A model generated the notes under the pieces. That model was given only the letters and a program-made list of their open reading frames with translations. It had not been told where the DNA came from and did no database searches. 64,000 nt of DNA from Nitrospiraceae bacterium (lineage in GTDB: Bacteria; Nitrospirota; Nitrospiria; Nitrospirales; Nitrospiraceae). A program made the translations under genes and the position numbers. The DNA lies in the NCBI GenBank assembly GCA_050246315.1, contig JBFWWG010000008.1:1-64000 (forward strand), written 5' to 3'. Below are positions 20,029 through 29,517 of this stretch, in pieces; within the stretch, counting starts at the first letter, position 1; every line of letters begins with the position of its first letter.

Positions 20029-21141
20029 CTACGCCGCGCTCGCTGTTGCAGGGACTAGCGCCCGTTCATCCAACTGCCCAAGAAGATGTGCCTTTAGGGA
20101 CCCGGTGAGAATCCGATAGGCGCTGGCGGTCGGGTGACCATCGTAGTAGTACTCCCGGGGATGTTTTTTCCACCTTCTTCGCATCTTCCCAAATGGTCTC
20201 CTTGGTGGAGAGATAGGGAATGTGGTGCGCTTCAAACAGGTTTCGCAGGAAGAGTTCACGCCAATCAGCCGGGTCATCAGAGATCCAGCCTGGATAAAAG
20301 ATGAGAAACAGATGTGGCAGGTTTCGCCGCTTCAGTTCTGCATCCATCGCCAGGATGATTTTCTCATTTATCGCCTTCTTGGCTAGAACCTGCCCTTCCG
20401 TTCCAAGAATGAGCTTTCTGAGTCTGTAGAAGCGACCATCCCGATTCGCCCACATGCGGGCAAGGTACGACACAATTTGAGGAGAATGCTCCTGGAAAAA
20501 GACGGTGGGGCGTTGGTCGACCGGCACTCCCTTCAACACAAGTGCATCGTTCTCAATGTGAAAGAACGGCTTCTGTCCAATTCTGACCGCTAGTGCGCTA
20601 CGATCGAGATCCTGTGTCATGATGCCCACAATGACAAATGGATTCTGATAGTGAGGTCGCTTTCAGCGACCAGACACATCTGATCGACGCCATAGCCCTC
20701 AACACCGTAGTTCAATAGAAAGAATCGCTCGTTCAATTGGGCATCGCTGTTCACAATACCCTGGAAGCAATCTTGCTTATTATCGATTATTGAACACTCC
20801 GCAAAGGAGTCTCCATAGAGAAGAATGGGAATCTTGTTTCCTACCTTGTGCGCATCGTTATGGAGGTAGGTACCTGGAGAAAATGCCCCAATCCACCCCA
20901 ATTGAGGATGAGGCTGTGCCGGGGGTTTGAACCTTCCGCCGAAGAAATAGTACAGCTTCCAGCAATCATCGTCTGAGTCCCATTCGCCATAGAGATCGGG
21001 ATTCCGAAAGCGTTGCATGAATCCCACTTCAGAGAACAGCAGAAGCCGAAATATTGCCTCGCACACTACTGCCGTGCCGACAGAAATAACAAGGATGGAG
21101 CAGGTCCAGAGAAGTAGTCTGCGAGGAAACCGGCTGCGCAT
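20029..21141 (-). pseudogene. Frameshifted SGNH-like membrane-anchored protein (three reading-frame pieces)
   Basis: 20617-21141 has the TM, LYGDSF and NYGVEGYGVDQ; 20066-20629 continues (..QNPFVIVGIMTQDLDRS..); the 20029 frame supplies YYYDGHPT. Shifts lie near 20650-20675 and at the T6 run 20164-20169. Could be an assembly error. Confidence 0.75.
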
Positions 21142-21232
21142 GCCCTACCCTCACGTGCTCAGCAATTTCCATGCACTTGGTTCCAACCCCGCCTGTTCAG
21201 AAGGAGCGATGAGCGCGGACATCCCCATGAGC

Positions 21233-23077
21233 CTAATCGAGCTCGAATTCCTTTTTCCAATCGCTGTCCGCTTCCAACGGTTGCTGATCTGCTTTGTATA
21301 GAATGCAATTCTCCAACACCAATACATCCATCTCCGTGCGCATGAAACATCGATACGCATCCTCGGGTGTACACACGATGGGTTCACCTCGGACATTGAA
21401 GGAGGTATTCACCAACACCGCATAGCCGGTCTTGGCTTCAAAGGCCTTGAGGAGGCGATAATAGCGCGGATTCGTGTCTTCATGGACGGTTTGGACACGC
21501 GCCGAGTAATCGAGATGAGTAATCGCAGGTATGTCCGAGCGAGGGACATTCAACAAATCGATGCCCCACAGCTCCTTGTGGGCCTGCGTCATGGGACAGC
21601 GCCTTCGTTCGAGAACCGGAGCGACGATCAGCATGTAGGGGCTGTCCGCATTTAAATCGAAATAGTCCGCCACCCGCTCTCGCAAGACCGACGGCGCGAA
21701 GGGCCGGAAGGACTCTCGATATTTGATCTTCAGGTTCATCACCGACTGCATCTTCGCACTCCGAGCGTCGCCCAGGATACTCCGTCCACCCAGTGCACGA
21801 GGGCCAAATTCCATCCGCCCCTGTAGCCACCCGACCACCTTCTCCGCCGCCAACTCCTCTGCAACTCGCTCCAGCAACGTGACATCGTCCAGCCGCACAT
21901 ATGGGACACCCTTCTCCTTTAAGAACCGCTCGACCTCCACGTTGGAGAATGCCGGTCCCAGATACGACCCCCGCATCTTGTCTCTTATGCCGTCTGAGAT
22001 TCTCGGCTTGCGCTCAAATTGATGCCAGACACTCAGCGCAGCGCCGAGCGCCCCGCCGGCATCGCCGGCCGCAGGCTGAATCCACAGCCCTTTGAAGGGT
22101 CCTTCCCGGAGAATCCGGCCGTTCCCCACACAGTTCAACGCGACTCCGCCGGCCAAGCACAGATTCTCCACACCGGTCTCTCGATGCAGGGTGCGAGACA
22201 ATCGCAACATGACCTCCTCGGTCACTTCCTGGATCGAGCGCGCCAGATCCATTTCTCGCTGCGTCAACTTGGATTCTGCCTTGCGCGGCGGCCCGCCGAA
22301 GATCTCGTCGAACTTCCGGCCTGTCATTGTAAGACCCGTACAATAGTTGAAGTACTCCATGTTGAGCCGAAAAGTGCCGTCCGGCTTGAGGTCAATGAGG
22401 TGTTCGTAAATCGCCTTCACATACTTAGGCTCACCATACGGCGCCAAGCCCATCACCTTGTACTCGCCGGAGTTGACTTTGAACCCCGTGTAATACGTAA
22501 AGGCTGAATAGAGCAACCCCAATGAATGAGGGAAAGGGATCTCCCAGAGAGGCGTCAAGGTGTTTCCCTGCCCCTTCCAAGCCGATGTTGTGGCCCACTC
22601 TCCCACACCGTCCATGCAGAGGACGATCGCCTCCTCATAGGGCGAGGCAAAAAAGGCCGACGCCGCATGAGATTCGTGATGCTCGGCGAACAATAGAGAC
22701 GGCAACGCTGCCTTCGTCATTCCATTCCCGTGCACCAGAAATTCCTTCACGAGGAGGCTTCGCAGCAGCAGCTTTTCCTTCATCCAGACCGGCATCGCCG
22801 CAAGAAACGACTGCACTCCCTTCGGAGCGAAACCCAAATAGGTTTCCAATAGCCTCTCGAACTTCACAAGCGGCTTGTCGTAGAACACTAAATAGTTCAC
22901 ATCCTTTAATGCTATTCCGCCCGCCTGCAAGCAGTACTCAACCGCTCGATGCGGAAACCCCGGGTCATGCTTCTTGCGTGTGAACCGCTCCTCTTGGGCT
23001 GCCGCCACGATATTTCCATCTTGAACCAGCGCCGCCGCACTGTCATGGTAGTAGGCTGATATACCAAGAATATTCAT
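21233..23077 (-). CDS. O-carbamoyltransferase (NodU/CmcH/TobZ/SxtI family)
   Basis: ILGISAYYHDSAA, EERFTRKKH, HHESHAASAF, DGVGE, GGVALNC, EFGPRALG, KYRESFRPFAP and NTSFNVRGEP motifs. Confidence 0.95.
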   Translation of the reverse strand: MNILGISAYYHDSAAALVQDGNIVAAAQEERFTRKKHDPGFPHRAVEYCLQAGGIALKDVNYLVFYDKPLVKFERLLETYLGFAPKGVQSFLAAMPVWMKEKLLLRSLLVKEFLVHGNGMTKAALPSLLFAEHHESHAASAFFASPYEEAIVLCMDGVGEWATTSAWKGQGNTLTPLWEIPFPHSLGLLYSAFTYYTGFKVNSGEYKVMGLAPYGEPKYVKAIYEHLIDLKPDGTFRLNMEYFNYCTGLTMTGRKFDEIFGGPPRKAESKLTQREMDLARSIQEVTEEVMLRLSRTLHRETGVENLCLAGGVALNCVGNGRILREGPFKGLWIQPAAGDAGGALGAALSVWHQFERKPRISDGIRDKMRGSYLGPAFSNVEVERFLKEKGVPYVRLDDVTLLERVAEELAAEKVVGWLQGRMEFGPRALGGRSILGDARSAKMQSVMNLKIKYRESFRPFAPSVLRERVADYFDLNADSPYMLIVAPVLERRRCPMTQAHKELWGIDLLNVPRSDIPAITHLDYSARVQTVHEDTNPRYYRLLKAFEAKTGYAVLVNTSFNVRGEPIVCTPEDAYRCFMRTEMDVLVLENCILYKADQQPLEADSDWKKEFELD

Positions 23078-23143
23078 TGCTCACCTTTCCTATCTGGCAT
23101 GGAGGCATCCCGACAACCTACCGGACCTTTCCCTGACGAGGCG

Positions 23144-24313
23144 TCATGCCCTTCCAGAGCAGATGCGCTGAAATAGTTCCTCATAGCGAAGAATCAGATT
23201 ACGATAATCATATCGGTTTTCGACAGATTGCATTCCGTTCTTCCCCAACCGTGCACGCAGTTCCTGATCCAGGAGAAGCCGTCTGATACCTTCCGATAGC
23301 GCTTCACTATCATCCGATCCAACCAAGAGGCCTGTGTCTCCGTCCCTGATGAACTCCGGAATTCCGCCTACTCTCGTCGCCACAACCGCCTTGCCGAGAG
23401 CCATCGCCTCAAGCAAAACTATGCCAAACGGTTCGGAGCGCGAGGGCAACACAAAAAACTCGCAATACTGAAACCACATTGGAATCTCACGGGCCGGCAC
23501 CTCGCCGACAAACCCTACGTGCTGGTCGATTTCCAGATCGGTAGCCATGGCCCTCAATCTCTGTTCCTCGGGGCCATCGCCGACGACGAGAAAGCAATGG
23601 CCGTCCAGTCCCGGTTTTAGACGAGAGATCGCCTTCAGGAGGATGTCGATGCCCTTACGCTCGTACAGCTTGGCGACGGTCAGGATATACGGGCGTTGCT
23701 GAAGGATATCCTGACGACCTACGGCCATGGCCCGCTCTCGGATCGCCTCACACTCGACTCCATAAGGCAGATAGGACCCCGTTGTCATCGCGTGACCGAA
23801 CACCCGCTCCGCCTGTTTGAGGAGACTCGAGGAATGAGCCAACACCCAATCGCTTTGCCGTACGAGGGTCCGAACCACCGCTTGTTCCAACTTTGACAGC
23901 AGATGCAGTGAGAGGACGTCATCCCCGTGCAGCCCGACCAAGAGCTTGAATCGACTCCAACGCCGCAGGAGAATGAAATACATCATGTACGGGAGCGGAT
24001 ATTCTGCACAGACCAGATCTATGCGCTGCTGCTTGAGAAACCGTGCCAACCTGAAGAGGGTCGGAATAAAAAACAGCCCCGTGGCCAATATTCCCCAGAG
24101 CGGCGCTTCCGGAAACCATGGTCCTCTCATATAGAATTCGTAGACCTTGTCGTCGCGATTCATGGGACATCGAACGATGGCATCGGATTCGCCGGGCCGC
24201 AGGACGATTACATGATGTCCCCGTCGCCCCAGAAAGTGCCGTAGGTCTTCGAGATAGGTGGCCACGCCGCCGGTCTGTGGTGTAAAGAATGGTGTGACGA
24301 GCAGGATATTCAT
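23144..24313 (-). CDS. Glycosyltransferase family 4
   Basis: GGVA; KLYERKG; PSRSEPFGIVLLEAMA. Confidence 0.92.
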   Translation of the reverse strand: MNILLVTPFFTPQTGGVATYLEDLRHFLGRRGHHVIVLRPGESDAIVRCPMNRDDKVYEFYMRGPWFPEAPLWGILATGLFFIPTLFRLARFLKQQRIDLVCAEYPLPYMMYFILLRRWSRFKLLVGLHGDDVLSLHLLSKLEQAVVRTLVRQSDWVLAHSSSLLKQAERVFGHAMTTGSYLPYGVECEAIRERAMAVGRQDILQQRPYILTVAKLYERKGIDILLKAISRLKPGLDGHCFLVVGDGPEEQRLRAMATDLEIDQHVGFVGEVPAREIPMWFQYCEFFVLPSRSEPFGIVLLEAMALGKAVVATRVGGIPEFIRDGDTGLLVGSDDSEALSEGIRRLLLDQELRARLGKNGMQSVENRYDYRNLILRYEELFQRICSGRA

Positions 24314-24386
24314 GAGAACTGACTATCGATCGGAGACGTGATGGACCAGCCTGTCAATGACCGTTGACACCTTTATTTTCACACGG

Positions 24387-25532
24387 TTACGACGCCTCGT
24401 CGCATCTGGCATTCAGGAGCGATACCCGGCGTCGCATCAAGGCCGCATCTTGATTCCGATCGCCCACGTTGCCACCGTTTTTGGAGTCAATGTAATAGAT
24501 GAAAAACTCATTTCCCGGCAGGTGAGGGTCCTTACCCATCCCGACGAACGTGGCGTAGATTTGCTCCCCCTCGTCCCCGATCAGTTTTCGGATCGGCGTC
24601 CATTTGAGTCCGTCCGTGGATTCGCTCCAATACAGATCGGAATTGGGAAATGGCTCTCCCAAGAGGATCGCCATGTACTTTCTGGCACACGTGTTAAATA
24701 CGACATCGCTTGGCATAAAAGAATCGTTAACCTGATCATGTTCAACTAAGGCGGAGGATTTCCCCCCAAGTCCCGGCTCCCCCCATGTTCCGCGATAATA
24801 CTTTATCCAAGGCGATGTCTGGTGTCGGATCACCGCCGCGTCAATCACCTCGGAAATTTTCGCTCGCGCCACCGCCAAATTCGCACGCTTGTAGCTCCCT
24901 CCGTCATCGATCAGATCAGCAAAATAGAGATAGAAGTATTCGCCCGCGAGCGCATAGGTTCCCCACCCCACATCCCAGGTTCCTCCCTTTTCAAAGTATG
25001 GGGCGGAGACCGGCGTGTGGGGTCGTACGATCGGTCCCAAGTCATCCCAGGAGATGCCTCCGTCCTTCGAAAACGCCAAGCCCAGCTCACTGAAGAACGG
25101 AATATACCCCGGCGGAAAAGTCCAGATCTCCGCATGATAGAAGAGTAACAGAATTCCCGTATCGGGATCTTTGTATATGCGTCCCCCTGCCGCATAAGGA
25201 TAGCCGTGCTTGATACCCGCAATCTCCTGAACTTGTACTCCCTTGGCTACCGGATTTTCCAGACTCCCTACCGTACGTATCGGCGTGCCCGGCCCCGCAG
25301 CAATAAACGAATAGGCATCTCCCTCGCGCATGATTCCTATAGTTCCATCCGGCCAAGAGTATGGCTTGTCTTTGGTTGCAAGAACGACTTCAGCCGGACC
25401 GACTCGCACCACATGGTCACCAGGACCTGGTTCGAGAGTGGCTTTTCCAACCTGCAGCGTCTCCGACGTACAGCCATGGAAACACACCGCGATAACCAAT
25501 AGACCACGCAGGCGATCCACCGTCTTGGTCAT
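24387..25532 (-). CDS. Putative lipoprotein with Asp-box/BNR repeats (beta-propeller glycoside-hydrolase-like)
   Basis: Lipobox-like FHGC after a hydrophobic stretch; SKDGGISW and STDGLKW Asp-boxes; WPDG and YHAE motifs. Start uncertain (25532-25598). Confidence 0.6.
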   Translation of the reverse strand: MTKTVDRLRGLLVIAVCFHGCTSETLQVGKATLEPGPGDHVVRVGPAEVVLATKDKPYSWPDGTIGIMREGDAYSFIAAGPGTPIRTVGSLENPVAKGVQVQEIAGIKHGYPYAAGGRIYKDPDTGILLLFYHAEIWTFPPGYIPFFSELGLAFSKDGGISWDDLGPIVRPHTPVSAPYFEKGGTWDVGWGTYALAGEYFYLYFADLIDDGGSYKRANLAVARAKISEVIDAAVIRHQTSPWIKYYRGTWGEPGLGGKSSALVEHDQVNDSFMPSDVVFNTCARKYMAILLGEPFPNSDLYWSESTDGLKWTPIRKLIGDEGEQIYATFVGMGKDPHLPGNEFFIYYIDSKNGGNVGDRNQDAALMRRRVSLLNARCDEAS

Positions 25533-25598
25533 CCGGTGACTCACGTTTCGAATTTCCCTCTTCATCCGGCTTCCGATGTCCGTAATCTCACATGGCAA

Positions 25599-26930
25599 TC
25601 AGGCTTGGACCTTTCGCTGCTCACGACTCTGCCGGCATAACTGCAGTAAGGTGTCCTGCCAGCGCTCCATCATGCGATCCAGACTGAACTCGCGCAAGGC
25701 TATGGTCTGTCCCCGCTCGGCAACCTGCCGAAGCGTCCCGGGTTGATCAAGCAACGATTCCAGTTTTTTCGCTAACCCTAGGGAGTCACCTTTGGAAATG
25801 ACGGGTAAGTCAGCCAGGTTGGCGATTTCGATTGCGCCCCCGCTCCCCGTCGTGATCACGGCACAGCCTGCGAGCATGGCTTCCACCATCACCAGTGGAA
25901 GCCCTTCTTCCCTGGTACTAAGGAAGACCAGCAGGTCATTCTTCCGATAGATATCTGGCATTCGATCATGGTCCACCTTCCCAAGAAAGGTGACCTGCTT
26001 GCTCACCCCCAACTCTTCAGTCCGCTGAACCACGCGCTCGTAATAGGAACGATAGGCCCCATCCGTAGACCCGGCCACCGACAGTCTCACCCTGAGCCGA
26101 GACGCTGGATCCATTTGTCCCAGCGCTTCAACAGCGGTATGCAACCCTCGATCCGCAGTCAATTGTCCTGCGAACAACACCCGTACCACATCAGAGATTG
26201 GAGCCTTTTCCGCAATGGGACAATAGAACCGTTCGGCCGGTACACCACCAAACTGAACCTGAGACTGAGCAAAGTCCAAGCCACCTTCCCGATACAGTGT
26301 TCTCAAATAGTCGCTCACAAAACAGACGAGAGTGGGGCGGTTAGGAAATTCTCTGGTCGGCAGTCTCTCCCTTTCCACACGAGCCTCAAACCATCTGGTC
26401 ATCCGGCTCAGCAACGGACGGATCATCGGCGGACCCCACGAGCCGTCCCATACTTGCTTCCAGAACCGTGAGGCCTTCTCGCCTCCTGCACCGTACTCAT
26501 CTATCATCCACGGATACTCGATCCAATGAACATCAGGAATGCCCCATCGCTCCGGCAAGGGTAACAGCAACTTGGAGATGCCGTTCATATTCCACCAGTT
26601 GATCACATCCGGGCGAAACTCGGACAGAGCTTGTACAAAACGACGAGCATCGGCGAGTTCTCTCTTTACCTGAAAGACCACCCATGGTCGGAAAGGTTGC
26701 TGAGGCCCAAACGCATCGTTGTGTAGCCAGCGATCCACACGCACCCCTCCGATCATTTCGGTGGTCTGTTGATACCGTGTACCGAATCCCACGGGGAGAC
26801 CATACACGGATGTCAGCACACGAACCTCGTGGCCGGCTCGCTGAAGCGCCTCGGCCACCTGACCACAACGGACTTCATATCCGCCATGATAGAAGGGAGG
26901 ATAGAGATTGCTGACCATCAGGATCTTCAT
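25599..26930 (-). CDS. Glycosyltransferase family 4
   Basis: SNLYPP...GGYE; STREEGLPLVMVEAM. Confidence 0.9.
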   Translation of the reverse strand: MKILMVSNLYPPFYHGGYEVRCGQVAEALQRAGHEVRVLTSVYGLPVGFGTRYQQTTEMIGGVRVDRWLHNDAFGPQQPFRPWVVFQVKRELADARRFVQALSEFRPDVINWWNMNGISKLLLPLPERWGIPDVHWIEYPWMIDEYGAGGEKASRFWKQVWDGSWGPPMIRPLLSRMTRWFEARVERERLPTREFPNRPTLVCFVSDYLRTLYREGGLDFAQSQVQFGGVPAERFYCPIAEKAPISDVVRVLFAGQLTADRGLHTAVEALGQMDPASRLRVRLSVAGSTDGAYRSYYERVVQRTEELGVSKQVTFLGKVDHDRMPDIYRKNDLLVFLSTREEGLPLVMVEAMLAGCAVITTGSGGAIEIANLADLPVISKGDSLGLAKKLESLLDQPGTLRQVAERGQTIALREFSLDRMMERWQDTLLQLCRQSREQRKVQA

Positions 26931-26976
26931 GCTGAGCTCAAGAGACCGAAATAAATCGTTTGCCCTTCCTCGCGCG

Positions 26977-28215
26977 TTACGCCAAAATGACGTCGGAGAC
27001 TCGTGTCATGACCTGCTCAATATCAAAGTGTTCGTGGACCCAGCGCCTGGCTTCTTCCCCCATTCTCCGGCGCTCCTCTCCATGAACCAGCAGATACCCG
27101 ATAGCCTGATAGAGGTCATCCACTGATCCGGATTGGAACAGCAGGCCGGTCCGGCCATGAGAGACGATCTCTCCCGTTCCGCCCACATCGGATGCGATAC
27201 AGGGCACCCCCATGGCCATAGCCTCGGCCAGCGACAGGGGTAATCCCTCGTTCTCAGAGGACAAGACCATCACGTCGGCCATTCCGAGATACGGCCTGAC
27301 ATCATCCACATGGCCCACAAACGTCACCAACCCCTCGAGGTTCAATCTCGACGCCTGTGCGCGCAACTCCCTCTCTTTGGGCCCTGAGCCGAGAATGAAA
27401 CAACGCCAATCGCCATAGGATCGCGAAAGGAGCGAGAGCGCATCCAATAGGATGTCGATTCGCTTCACCTGGGACAGCCTGGCCACACACACGATCGTGA
27501 AACAATCTCGGGCGGAGTCACGCGTCCCTTGGAGCCCCACTGCACCATTTCCGGACGTGAAGTACCGGAGATCGGCCCCGTTGTGTATGGTGAGGGTTCG
27601 GTGCTCTGGATACCCGTACTCTGTGGTAAGGCGGTGGCGCAGCGCCTCGCTGACACAAATCGTGGCATGCGTGAGCTGTCCTTGTAGTCGTTTGGCCAGC
27701 ATGAATCTTGTGCGCCACCCCACGACTTCCTTAATTCGAGTCATGACGCTCTTCCCTCCTCCTGCCGCCGGAGCCGGGTCCCACATCAATTGCTCTATAC
27801 AAACGAGTCGCTTGGCGCTTGACATCCTCGCCGCGACATAGGCTGAAAGCGGAAAGAGATGTGGAATCCCCTTTGCGAACACAATCACATCTGGCCGATG
27901 GCGAGTAAAGAGAAGCCAGAATCTGGCGAACTTGGCCCATTTGATCCTGGCGTGCATGACCACGCGCACATGCGAGTAGCAGCTGAGAAATCGACTATAA
28001 CAATCCTCGGCTAGACAAACGATGATGCAGTGAGCTCGGCCTTCCAGCCGGCGGACAAGTTCTACGAGATGCTTCTCTGTTCCTCCGTACTCAGGTGTCT
28101 GGCTTAGAAAAAAGACCACGGGAAGCGGCCGGAGAGGACGCACGGCAGCCCGGAATGCTTCCTTCGATTCGTCAAGGTTCGCACGAGTGTCGCTTTCGGC
28201 AGGGGACACGACCAT
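26977..28215 (-). CDS. Glycosyltransferase family 4
   Basis: GGTEKH; ARLSQVK; SENEGLPLSLAEAMA. Confidence 0.9.
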   Translation of the reverse strand: MVVSPAESDTRANLDESKEAFRAAVRPLRPLPVVFFLSQTPEYGGTEKHLVELVRRLEGRAHCIIVCLAEDCYSRFLSCYSHVRVVMHARIKWAKFARFWLLFTRHRPDVIVFAKGIPHLFPLSAYVAARMSSAKRLVCIEQLMWDPAPAAGGGKSVMTRIKEVVGWRTRFMLAKRLQGQLTHATICVSEALRHRLTTEYGYPEHRTLTIHNGADLRYFTSGNGAVGLQGTRDSARDCFTIVCVARLSQVKRIDILLDALSLLSRSYGDWRCFILGSGPKERELRAQASRLNLEGLVTFVGHVDDVRPYLGMADVMVLSSENEGLPLSLAEAMAMGVPCIASDVGGTGEIVSHGRTGLLFQSGSVDDLYQAIGYLLVHGEERRRMGEEARRWVHEHFDIEQVMTRVSDVILA

Positions 28216-28219
28216 GAGC

Positions 28220-29500
28220 CTAGTCCCCTGCTCTCGTCAACGTCTGGACGATGCGGTCGGTCGCTTTGTCCCAAGAAAACCATTCTGCGGCGAGTATTCG
28301 CGAACCTTCTCGCAAGCGTTCTCGGAGGCTCCTGTCCTCTATCAATCGACCCAGGGCCGCAGCCATGGCGTCCGGATCCTTGGGAGGGCACAGCAAGACA
28401 TTGTGCTGGTCAATAAACTGTTCGTCCAGCGTGGCGCCTTTGGTCGCCACGATGGGCAATCCATGCGCGGCACAGGCCGCGAAGGAGCTGTTGTTCATTG
28501 CAACTCCGAGCTCGTGCGCAAAGGCATTGGCGTCAACCGCATAGAGGTAGCGCGAGGCCTCGTCGCTGTTGGTTTCATATTCCCCCGTCCAGATCACTTG
28601 CTGGTCGATTCCCAATTCCTTCGGGAGTTGGCGCATCTCCTCTGCGAATCGAGGCCTCCCCGGAAATTCGCGAGCGATGACCCCTCCGACCAGTACCAGC
28701 CGAGCCTGGGGAAATCGTCGGCTGACCCGATGAAACGCATGGATGACCGTTTCGATGCCTTTGGGAGGATAAATAAATCCGAAGTACACGATGGCAAAAT
28801 CCAAGGGCGACAACCCCAACTTCGCCCGTGTTGCCGTACGGGTCTCATCATCCGCCTTGGCGGCCATGGTTAGCAACGGCGGAGGCGGCACCAGCACACT
28901 CTTTTTCTCGATGTTGGAATAATGATCGGCCAGCATCGCACAATGCCCATGACTCATGACGACGATGCGATCGCTATCCCGCAAGAGCGTCCCGAACTCG
29001 TAGGATGAGTCCATCGGAGAAGCCCAGGCTTGAACCAGTTTTCGCACCACCCGACTCAGTGGTGAGAAGCGGCCGGGATTGCTTCCGCTTGGATAGGCCA
29101 ACATGCTAGCGAACGGTTTCCCTCTGATAATCAACCGGCAGATCGTCGCCGCAAAGGTGATCATCGGATGCTCGTGATAAACCCAACCGATATAGAACAA
29201 CAACACTGCGTCCGGACGAGCGCGCTTGAGGAACCGCACCAACCGCGGCAGATCCTTCCAGGACCAGTCCCGCATGATCGGATGGACGGCAAACGGCGTT
29301 TCCTGCGTCCATTGATTGGTCTGGCTGGTCAAGACGTGTACTTCAATCCCCTGTTTCGCCAGGTAATGGCATTGATGGTAGGCATGATCGGCCTCCCCGG
29401 CCCTCATGGGAGGAAAAGCAGCGCTGATGAATACGAGCTTCAATGGCGCTACCCTTTTTCTCTGGTTCTCGTGTACGTGGTGCTCATACCGACTCCCCAT
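28220..29500 (-). CDS. Glycosyltransferase family 4 (atypical EX7E region)
   Basis: FPPMRAGEADH; FGFIYPPKGIE; AHGLPIVAT; FSW C-terminus. Confidence 0.82.
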   Translation of the reverse strand: MGSRYEHHVHENQRKRVAPLKLVFISAAFPPMRAGEADHAYHQCHYLAKQGIEVHVLTSQTNQWTQETPFAVHPIMRDWSWKDLPRLVRFLKRARPDAVLLFYIGWVYHEHPMITFAATICRLIIRGKPFASMLAYPSGSNPGRFSPLSRVVRKLVQAWASPMDSSYEFGTLLRDSDRIVVMSHGHCAMLADHYSNIEKKSVLVPPPPLLTMAAKADDETRTATRAKLGLSPLDFAIVYFGFIYPPKGIETVIHAFHRVSRRFPQARLVLVGGVIAREFPGRPRFAEEMRQLPKELGIDQQVIWTGEYETNSDEASRYLYAVDANAFAHELGVAMNNSSFAACAAHGLPIVATKGATLDEQFIDQHNVLLCPPKDPDAMAAALGRLIEDRSLRERLREGSRILAAEWFSWDKATDRIVQTLTRAGD

Positions 29501-29517
29501 CGACGAAACGGCTTGTA

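Noticed and set aside
7758..23077. Saxitoxin biosynthesis, suggested by SxtI/J/K/L-like genes
   Set aside because: No sxtA PKS-like gene, amidinotransferase or other core sxt genes; the context is purely polysaccharide.
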